Positions 57,152 to 64,000 of a DNA stretch of 64,000 bases are shown here, piece after piece. The DNA is from an uncultured Bacteroidales bacterium (lineage in GTDB: Bacteria > Bacteroidota > Bacteroidia > Bacteroidales > VadinHA17). The stretch covers positions 75,156-139,155 of the forward strand of contig CAWALO010000021.1 in assembly GCA_963782945.1 (NCBI GenBank). The letters are read 5' to 3'. The notes below the pieces were generated by a model, which was given only the letters and a program-made list of their open reading frames with translations, was not told the DNA's origin and made no database searches. Each line of letters begins with the position of its first letter. The stretch's first letter is position 1. The position numbers were made by a program, and so were the translations under genes.

Positions 57152-58039
57152 TTAGTCAAACAGGTGAAGCGGATTCTCAATTACCTTCTCCCTTGTCATA
57201 AGTTTTGGCTGGATTGAAGAGGGTGCTTTTTCAAGCCATTCCTCCTTAACTTTTATGGGTGTTTGCATTATATAAGGCTTACATTTCGGGATTGCAGCAA
57301 TAGACTTTTTTGCACCTTCATAAAGAGCTTTCCGAACCTCTTCAAATGGATAGAGAACAGCTGATTCGCGTGCCAGACCCTGCTTGGTGGCTACTGTCAC
57401 AACACCCTCCCCGAAAAACTTCCTGGCTTCCCGGCAGGCAGCTTCATCACCTGTGACAAGGATTGGAGGTACGCCATAATAACCGGCCACAGAAGCAGAT
57501 TGTGCCAGCTCTCCTGATTCAACACCATTGTACCAGTACCTGTTCTCTGATTCGGAGGATTGGGTATGGCACAAAACTCCATCGGGAGTTCCATTCATTG
57601 CATGGAACCCAAATAAAACCATTCCCGAATAAGATTTATCAAGACTCCAGGTGTTATTTTGAGGTCGTGGCAATCCTGTTACATATTTTGCGCCTGCAAC
57701 CATCAGTTCCGGAATCATTGCCTGGTTCCCATGCCCGTCAATTATCAGTATTTCGGTGGCACCACCATCACGAAGACCTCGAACTACAGCTGCGAGATCT
57801 CCCATGAAATATTCGCATGCCTTGAGATTTTCAGGGCTGCCTTTATCACGTGTCTGCGAAAATCTGTATACGCCGCTGACACCTTCAAGATCCGTTTCAA
57901 TGTAGATCTTTATCTGGGCTGTCAGTGAATCTAATCCTGTTAACAGAATCAGGGTTACAAGAGTAAAAATCTTCAATGCTGATTTCACTATTGATAACAG
58001 GTGAATCTTTTTTGTTAAATCTATTCTCTTCATATTCAA
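57152..58039 (-). CDS. Peptidase M55 (DppA-type D-aminopeptidase) family protein with N-terminal export/anchor segment
   Basis: 295 aa. IYIETDLEGVSGV matches the DppA N-terminal metal-binding block. Here it is preceded by a ~40-aa hydrophobic leader. Confidence 0.7.
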   Translation of the reverse strand: MNMKRIDLTKKIHLLSIVKSALKIFTLVTLILLTGLDSLTAQIKIYIETDLEGVSGVYRFSQTRDKGSPENLKACEYFMGDLAAVVRGLRDGGATEILIIDGHGNQAMIPELMVAGAKYVTGLPRPQNNTWSLDKSYSGMVLFGFHAMNGTPDGVLCHTQSSESENRYWYNGVESGELAQSASVAGYYGVPPILVTGDEAACREARKFFGEGVVTVATKQGLARESAVLYPFEEVRKALYEGAKKSIAAIPKCKPYIMQTPIKVKEEWLEKAPSSIQPKLMTREKVIENPLHLFD

Positions 58040-58067
58040 TAATTTATCAATGTTTTAAAAGCTTTTC

Positions 58068-58169
58068 TTAACCACAGAGTGGCACGGAGTTGGCACGGAG
58101 TTACACGGCTTTTACTTCCTGCATAACTCCGTGTAACTCTGTGATAACTCCGTGAAACACAGTGGTTAA
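58068..58169. repeat. Word-built hairpin (cacggagtt/aactccgtg family)
   Basis: ttaaccacagagtggcacggagttggcacggagttacacgg - loop - ataactccgtgtaactctgtgataactccgtgaaacacagtggttaa. It lies 16 nt after the stop of 58185..59564. Confidence 0.8.
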
Positions 58170-58184
58170 ATTCTTCATTTTATA

Positions 58185-59564
58185 TTATTTTTTAAATGGC
58201 CCCGGAAAGCTTATAAGATCAGTTCTGGTCTTTCCGTTTTCTGTTATTCTTGCCAGGGTATATACTGTACCGTCGTCACCAATTGCAATAGAGTTGACAT
58301 ATAGCGGACGCTGTCCGTCAGGGTAGAAGACAGCACCATTGTCGAGATATTTTCCAGTAGGAATATCATATGTTATCAGATGCAGGTCTTCCAGCCCTTT
58401 TGCCTCTCCCTTTGCAGTCGAGGTTGCCCCCATAACACGCTTACCATCAATGTAAATTGGTCCCCCGGTAAGGTAATAGATTGTCCTTCCGTCGGGCCCC
58501 AGCTTGAAGCCCAGATAACCATAGCTGAACTGGTCGCCCATACCTGTCAGTTTTGAAGGAACAGAGGTTAATCGTTCAAGAACATCTATCCGCTTTATCG
58601 CCGGGTCGAATCTGAACAGGTAACCGGAGTTGCCATGAACGCCATAAATCTTTTTCTCAGGGGCATACCAGAAAACCTGACGCCAGTTATAAGCCATACT
58701 TCCTGAGGTAAATATTTCATATGTCCCGAAGTAGTCCTTCTTCATATCCTCACCTTCTACAGTTTCAACTTGATCACTACCCAGTTGAAGACTTTTTATC
58801 TGACCCTCCGCATTTGTGAAATATACTGAGCCATTATCAGTATCTATTGCAATTGACCGGCATACAACACGAAAATCTTTTCCAAAACCATCTTCCCCCA
58901 TGCCGGTGGCCGGCCCAAGGTCTTTAAGTTCTTTCTTCGCCACATCATACCTGAACAGATATCCTGTCGGCCAGGAAAGGCCGTAGATCAGTCCTCTTGC
59001 CACATCCATATTCATTGTAATAATTCCCTCGTTATGCGGCCCGATTCCCAGATCCTCAAAGGTCTTTGTTTTCATATCGTATGCAAGCAGGTGGCCACCG
59101 CGGTATGCCTTATAATCTCCGGTAGGAAGACCGGTTTTTTCCATTCCGTTTATAATGCTGTAATACCCGAGATGGGTAGCAAAATATAACTTCCCTCCCG
59201 ATTCAACAAAGTTTACATGACTCTTACCCTGGGCCACCACCTTCATATCCTTTTCACCGCATATCTCCGTAAGATCGCCAAGGTGTTCAGTTGTTCCCGT
59301 CTTTGGATCGAAGGAGTACATCTGTCCTGCAATATCCATCAGCTGTGAGCAGAGAACATAATATATCTTTCCGTCGCTGGCAGATGAAATCCCATTATAG
59401 GTATCGTGTGCATGTTCAAAACCTGAATTATAGACTGTGGCAATTATCCGGGCATCAGGAGTTGAGACAGGATCAGTCTTTGCTATTGGTTGCGGAGACT
59501 GGCTGCATGATACTGAAAGTAGTGAGATAAACACCGGAATAATAGAAAGGAATTGTAGCTTCAT
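58185..59564 (-). CDS. Hypothetical beta-propeller-like lipoprotein
   Basis: 459 aa. Lipobox FISLLSVSCS. Recurrent G..Y(F/Y)-type blade-like repeats (GKIYYV, GKLYFAT, GSVYFTN, KKIYGVH, RTIYYLT, GTVYTLA). No family name assigned. Confidence 0.55.
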   Translation of the reverse strand: MKLQFLSIIPVFISLLSVSCSQSPQPIAKTDPVSTPDARIIATVYNSGFEHAHDTYNGISSASDGKIYYVLCSQLMDIAGQMYSFDPKTGTTEHLGDLTEICGEKDMKVVAQGKSHVNFVESGGKLYFATHLGYYSIINGMEKTGLPTGDYKAYRGGHLLAYDMKTKTFEDLGIGPHNEGIITMNMDVARGLIYGLSWPTGYLFRYDVAKKELKDLGPATGMGEDGFGKDFRVVCRSIAIDTDNGSVYFTNAEGQIKSLQLGSDQVETVEGEDMKKDYFGTYEIFTSGSMAYNWRQVFWYAPEKKIYGVHGNSGYLFRFDPAIKRIDVLERLTSVPSKLTGMGDQFSYGYLGFKLGPDGRTIYYLTGGPIYIDGKRVMGATSTAKGEAKGLEDLHLITYDIPTGKYLDNGAVFYPDGQRPLYVNSIAIGDDGTVYTLARITENGKTRTDLISFPGPFKK

Positions 59565-59716
59565 TTTAAAATTGTTAAATCAGAGTTTGTCTTTATATTT
59601 ATTTGCACCCCATCCTAACCTTCCCCAGGGGGAGGAACAAAACCTTCCCATGGGGAAATTAGAAAGGGGTAAATCGTAAAAAGCATGACAAATTTTGTTT
59701 CCAAAATACTGAAGTA

Positions 59717-61117
59717 TTACATAGCTACCGGTTTGGGGGTCTCATTTCTATTTTTAATCTTTTCAGCATTCTTACGTATTCTTTCAATTGCGGAGGCAAC
59801 ATCATCCAGATCGGATTTTTCAGCCAGAAGCATATTTTGCTGGATCCAAACAGCCTCTACACATAATTCATCGTTTTCCGGACATTCATTTTCAGCTTTG
59901 AATTTTTCAAAATCAAGCATCTCCTTCGGGTACATCTTTTTGAAATTCTTCGATTGGAAAGCATTTTCAAGGTATGGTTGCTTATTCAGGAAGGGAGAAT
60001 ATCCGCTTAAATTTGGAATTCCTTCTGCGGTAAGAGCCTCGAGAAAAAGATCTCTTGATAAACCCTTGAATTCTTCTTTTTTGTAACGGAAACAGAACAT
60101 ATGAAAGGCAGCTCTCGTTACATTATCATAGAGTTTATATGGTCTTATTCCAGGGATACCCTTTATCTGAGACTTCAGGTATGCGGCATTTGTATTCCTC
60201 AGGGAGGTTTGTTCGTCAAGTACACCTAACTGGGCAAGTCCGATAGCTGCCTGATATTCTGTTATGCGGAGCTTAGTGGCAAGCATTACTGAACCGGCAC
60301 CTACTGCACCAATTACTGCTCCATGAGGAAATCCTACATTATGATATGAATAGCACCTGTCCATAAATTCTTCATCATCGCTAACAATTGCTCCTCCTTC
60401 TCCAAGAGGCAGATGTTTGGAATTCTGAAAACTAAAACAGCCCACATTGCCGAATGTCCCTACTTTCTTATTGTCTATTTCTGCCAGCCAGGCCTGGCAG
60501 GCATCTTCTATTACAAGGAGGTTATGCTTCTTAGCTATCTCCATTATTTTCACCATATTGGCTGGCATCCCAAGGATATGAACCGGCATAATCGCCCTTG
60601 TACGGGGGGTGATCTTCGCTTCAATTTTAGCGGGGTCAATCTGATATGTTTCCGGATCCACATCCACAAATACAGGCATTGCTCCGGCAATCAGAACAGC
60701 CTGAATGGTTGAAATCCAGGTATACGGAGTAACAATAACCTCGTCACCAGCTCCTATATCAAGCTGAACAACGGAGGTTATCAGCGCATTAGTGCCGTTG
60801 ACCACCGCCAGGCAGCGCTTTGTACCGATTGTTTCAGCCCATTTATTTTCGAATTCAGTAACTACTTCCGCCCTTGACCAGACTCCGCTTCTGAGAACCT
60901 TAAGCACCTGTTCCTCATACACTTCAGGTTTCCACTGCGGCCATACTGGCCATTCCTTTGTCCTGATCTTCTGTCCGCCAAGGATAGCAGGAACTCCGGT
61001 ATCAGCTGCACAATTGGCAAGAAGTGCCGGCCCTGCACTCAATGCTACTGCTGCACCTATGCCGGCCATTGAATTTTTCTTTACAAATTCACGCCTTGTA
61101 TAATTACTTTTTGACAT
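59717..61117 (-). CDS. DegT/DnrJ/EryC1/StrS-family PLP-dependent aminotransferase with Tat leader
   Basis: 466 aa. Leader is MSKSNYTRREFVKKNSMAGIGAAVALSAG. PLP-lysine context is GCFSFQNSKHLPLGEGGAI. Confidence 0.85.
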   Translation of the reverse strand: MSKSNYTRREFVKKNSMAGIGAAVALSAGPALLANCAADTGVPAILGGQKIRTKEWPVWPQWKPEVYEEQVLKVLRSGVWSRAEVVTEFENKWAETIGTKRCLAVVNGTNALITSVVQLDIGAGDEVIVTPYTWISTIQAVLIAGAMPVFVDVDPETYQIDPAKIEAKITPRTRAIMPVHILGMPANMVKIMEIAKKHNLLVIEDACQAWLAEIDNKKVGTFGNVGCFSFQNSKHLPLGEGGAIVSDDEEFMDRCYSYHNVGFPHGAVIGAVGAGSVMLATKLRITEYQAAIGLAQLGVLDEQTSLRNTNAAYLKSQIKGIPGIRPYKLYDNVTRAAFHMFCFRYKKEEFKGLSRDLFLEALTAEGIPNLSGYSPFLNKQPYLENAFQSKNFKKMYPKEMLDFEKFKAENECPENDELCVEAVWIQQNMLLAEKSDLDDVASAIERIRKNAEKIKNRNETPKPVAM

Positions 61118-61138
61118 ATATTTCAGATTTGATTTATC

Positions 61139-62503
61139 TTATATTGAATTCAGCTTATCCCTGTTATCATATACTTTCATTACTGCGTTTATCAGGTCAT
61201 CCATATCAGCAAGCGATCCAAGAAGCGGACCGGATGCCCATAGCATAACCATTTCATCACACACCTGGTCGCATTTGGGAAGGAACAATTCCTCTTTGAA
61301 TTTTTTCAGACGGGCGTTTCCATACATCTTCTTGTATTCCGGCAATGTCATTATATGATCCGTCCATGGCTCCCTGTGTAATCCGTTAGCTATATATGGG
61401 CTAAGGCCGATACCTTCGGCAGCGATGGCTTTGAAGAATTTTTCACGGGGGGCATTATTGAAAAGTTCCTTTTTATAAGACCATGTATAGAGGTAGAAAG
61501 AACCTGCTGTGGTCCCTTCATAAAGCTTCTGGGGAACAAGGCCCGGGCAGCCCTTTAATTTTTCGGTCAGATACCTGGCATTCCTGTTGCGGATCTCATG
61601 CCGTTCCCTGACACCAGGCAACTGCCCCAGAAGGACAGCTCCTTCAAACTCATTCATCCTGTATTTTGAACCAATGGTAAGTGTCTTCCCGTTTTTTGCA
61701 GTCCCGTGATTCATAACAGTATAACAATTTTCCATCACGTCATCATTATGGCTTACTATTGCACCGCCTTCCCCGCAGCAAAAAACTTTGCTGGTCTGGA
61801 AACTGAAGCATCCTGCATCACCTATGGTTCCAAGCAGTTTACCCTGGTACTCTGCAAGAAAAGCCTGACAGGAATCTTCAATAACTTTAAGATTATATTT
61901 CTTTGCAAGCGCCATAATACTCTGCATATCACAAGGCTGACCCATTATATGTACAGGCATAAGAGCTTTGGTGCGTTTTGTGATCTTTCTTTCCACATCT
62001 GCAGGATCGAGCTGGAATGATTCAGTGTCAAGATCTGCCATAACAGGAAGCGCACGGCTTACCAGTATGCCCTGAATGGTTCCCGGATCGGTATATGGAG
62101 AAGTAATGACTTCGTCACCCGGACCAATGCCAAGTGCCTCAACCACAGTATTCAAAGCCTGCGTACCCGATCCTGTACTCACGCTGGTTTTTGTCCCGTA
62201 GATTTTTGCAAACTCCTGCTCGAATGTCGGCACAGTTCCATTTGGTGATTGGATCCTGCACCAGATACCACTGCGGGTGGTCTTAACAACTTCCTCAACA
62301 ATCCGTTCGTCGACATAGGGCCATTCGGGCCAGACTTTATCTTTGGCAACCGGAGTACCGCCAAGTATTGCCAGTTTGTCAGGATTACCGCTGCCAATGG
62401 TAATATTCCTGAATGCCGGAATATAGCCTGAAGCAGCAACAGCTGCCGAACCGGCAGAGAGAGTTGCAATAAAATTCCGCCTGGAAAAGCTTTTTTTCTT
62501 CAT
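61139..62503 (-). CDS. DegT/DnrJ/EryC1/StrS-family PLP-dependent aminotransferase with Tat leader
   Basis: The track start at 62527 is a TTG. The ATG at 62503 gives MKKKSFSRRNFIATLSAGSAAVAASG. PLP-lysine context is GCFSFQTSKVFCCGEGGAI. It lies 21 nt upstream of its paralog. Confidence 0.85.
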   Translation of the reverse strand: MKKKSFSRRNFIATLSAGSAAVAASGYIPAFRNITIGSGNPDKLAILGGTPVAKDKVWPEWPYVDERIVEEVVKTTRSGIWCRIQSPNGTVPTFEQEFAKIYGTKTSVSTGSGTQALNTVVEALGIGPGDEVITSPYTDPGTIQGILVSRALPVMADLDTESFQLDPADVERKITKRTKALMPVHIMGQPCDMQSIMALAKKYNLKVIEDSCQAFLAEYQGKLLGTIGDAGCFSFQTSKVFCCGEGGAIVSHNDDVMENCYTVMNHGTAKNGKTLTIGSKYRMNEFEGAVLLGQLPGVRERHEIRNRNARYLTEKLKGCPGLVPQKLYEGTTAGSFYLYTWSYKKELFNNAPREKFFKAIAAEGIGLSPYIANGLHREPWTDHIMTLPEYKKMYGNARLKKFKEELFLPKCDQVCDEMVMLWASGPLLGSLADMDDLINAVMKVYDNRDKLNSI

Positions 62504-62561
62504 TTCACCTGATGTTAATAATTTCAATATGTTTAGTTTTTTAATTAGCAGACTGGAAACA

Positions 62562-63950
62562 CTATTGTGCTATTTGCTTAACACCTGCCTTCAGTGCCAG
62601 CTTTTTGATTTCATCAAATATCATGACCTCAATGCCGGGTGCCCATTTGGCAGGCATGCCATATACCATCTGTGATGATTCTCCTTCATAGCCGCCCTCC
62701 TTAAGTATTGTTTCCGAGGGAATGTAAGCCATGTCATCATTGACATATCCCAATACAAATATATCGGGCCCGAATAACTTTTTTAACCCGATTGAGTATT
62801 CAATAACCAGCTCCCCTCCCAGCGCTATAACTGCCTGATCTCCAAGCTTCCAGACCTGAACCGGATAAGGATATGAAGTTATGAGAGAGCCGTTGTTTCT
62901 AAGTGCCCTGAGCTGATTTGAGGCCCAGCTCTTCTGGTATCCGTCTTTTTCACTTTCTATTTTAATAAGAGCATCCATTGCCGGAGGGTCCGAGAATTTC
63001 AGATTCACTTCCGAATAGGAAGCAGAAAGTACAGGGTCAAGTTTTTTCATCTCCTCACTTAATACTCTTTCAACCGATGCTGCCAGTTCTTTTCCATACT
63101 GACGGGCAAGAGGTATTGTTCTGCGGGGTAATGGATTCTGATCTGCCCCTGCTCCCTGGAAAAACAATGCAGTCACTCCCGGATGTGATTTTTCAAGTTC
63201 AATCTGTGCAAATCCGGGGTAATCACCTGAGATCTGGTAAATATCCAGTACAGTAGAGTGACAGGCATATCCAAAAGCAATTGCCATGAGACTTCCCGAT
63301 TCGTCAGTAACCTTAAGGACAGGAACTGCATAATCATTTGGTCCGTTTAAAACAGTCTGAGCGGTCAGTGATGCTTCAATGTTGTTGCGTCTGTTTACCT
63401 GGAAGCGTGTAATCCCGGACCTGGAAAAGATCTGAGCCGGAACCATGGCACGAATAGCATCACCGGTAAGATCAACAATCTTCTTTTCCAGATAATCAGA
63501 GTACTCCTGTATAACCTTCAGCTGCTTCTCATCAAGAGGATAAATGTCGAAAAGGGCCTCCATGAGAACTGGTCCGGAGTGTGTATGTGAATAACTTAAG
63601 ATTATCTGTGATCTGGTAAGCCCGTATCTGACCGCAATCTGATTCCTTATCCGGTCTGACATCTTCTTCGGAAACCCAAGGAGGTCGGAGGTGATAAGGA
63701 CGGCCTTCTTCCCTTTTGCATCCTCAACAGCAAGAACTTTTACCCATAAGTCAGTCAGGATGCCGTCAGAGGGATGGGTGCGTGATGCATATCCCGCGAG
63801 CCAGATAGGTCCCTCAGGGGTTATTATTTCCCGTGAGATGCCAGCTTTCCATCCATTTGAATTTGCCGGATGACCAGCTGCAGCAAGTGAATAATTTAAA
63901 TAACAGATCAGTAAGCCGGAAAAAATAATAAACGAGCCAGATTTCTTCAT
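62562..63950 (-). CDS. Neutral/alkaline non-lysosomal ceramidase N-terminal-domain-like hydrolase, exported
   Basis: About 462 aa from ATG 63950, with a signal peptide. GWKAGISREIITPEGPIWLAGYASRTHPSDGILTDLWVKVLAVED...VLITSDLLGF follows the pattern of the ceramidase_alk N-terminal domain as I remember it. Confidence 0.55.
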   Translation of the reverse strand: MKKSGSFIIFSGLLICYLNYSLAAAGHPANSNGWKAGISREIITPEGPIWLAGYASRTHPSDGILTDLWVKVLAVEDAKGKKAVLITSDLLGFPKKMSDRIRNQIAVRYGLTRSQIILSYSHTHSGPVLMEALFDIYPLDEKQLKVIQEYSDYLEKKIVDLTGDAIRAMVPAQIFSRSGITRFQVNRRNNIEASLTAQTVLNGPNDYAVPVLKVTDESGSLMAIAFGYACHSTVLDIYQISGDYPGFAQIELEKSHPGVTALFFQGAGADQNPLPRRTIPLARQYGKELAASVERVLSEEMKKLDPVLSASYSEVNLKFSDPPAMDALIKIESEKDGYQKSWASNQLRALRNNGSLITSYPYPVQVWKLGDQAVIALGGELVIEYSIGLKKLFGPDIFVLGYVNDDMAYIPSETILKEGGYEGESSQMVYGMPAKWAPGIEVMIFDEIKKLALKAGVKQIAQ

Positions 63951-64000
63951 CAACGGATGATGTTAGTAATGGTTCCCCGTGAATATTCCCGAAAAATATC
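63950..64000 (-). CDS. 3' end (16 codons) of an unidentified gene continuing past the right edge
   Basis: The reverse strand reads ...DIFREYSRGTITNIIR* with stop TGA at 63950..63952. This overlaps the downstream ATG by 1 nt (TGATG coupling). Too short to name. Confidence 0.35.
   Translation of the reverse strand, partial: DIFREYSRGTITNIIR

Noticed and set aside
1-64000. Search for defence systems, prophage, integrative elements and toxin-antitoxin pairs
   Set aside because: I recognised no nuclease, helicase, STAND-ATPase, methyltransferase, reverse-transcriptase, integrase, transposase or phage-structural motifs in any track ORF. The only AAA+ protein is the NtrC-type regulator. I cannot exclude very divergent proteins among the hypotheticals at 19175..20440, 52322..52936 and 58185..59564.

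Overview
This window looks like a chromosomal carbohydrate and amino-sugar utilisation region from a Bacteroidota genome. That assignment is an inference from a SusC/SusD pair, a FISUMP-domain remnant, MacB/FtsX-type permeases with Bacteroidota-style N-termini, and a possible TAnnTTTG -7 box. About 48 protein-coding genes are supportable, roughly 80% on the minus strand and often separated by 0-25 nt. I found no rRNA, tRNA, CRISPR array, transposase, integrase or recognisable defence-system gene. Main blocks: (1) 1-5.6 kb holds an MFS sugar porter, two Tat-leader Gfo/Idh/MocA enzymes (one clearly GH109-like), a DUF1080 protein and an HGSNAT-like membrane acyltransferase. (2) 5.7-21.5 kb is a LacI-associated SusC/SusD operon whose enzymes are mostly amide hydrolases (S45 acylase, amidohydrolase, beta-lactamase-fold) plus two DUF2961/GH172 paralogs. 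(3) 22.2-25.7 kb holds DUF362, a DegT aminotransferase and DUF1338. (4) 26.1-33.5 kb and 39.4-44.3 kb hold a TolC/HlyD/ABC-ATPase efflux operon, a sigma-54 response regulator and three large FtsX permeases. (5) 33.5-37.1 kb is a visibly AT-rich, decayed island with pseudogene remnants. (6) 44.7-64 kb holds an FAD/BBE oxidase, four more Tat-leader Gfo/Idh/MocA enzymes, a sialate O-acetylesterase, a DoxX fusion protein, an M55 peptidase, two tandem Tat-leader DegT aminotransferases and a ceramidase-like hydrolase. The most unusual coding signal is ten twin-arginine leaders in 64 kb, three of them on DegT-family PLP aminotransferases. This suggests an uncharacterised periplasmic oxidation/transamination route for glycosides or amino sugars. 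The most unusual non-coding signals are a four-level nested inverted repeat at 21.7-22.2 kb, a set of word-built hairpins placed just after minus-strand stop codons, and a repeated LacI-type palindrome. Everything rests on reading the sequence and the ORF track by eye. I ran no searches or computations, so all family calls are motif-level recognitions.
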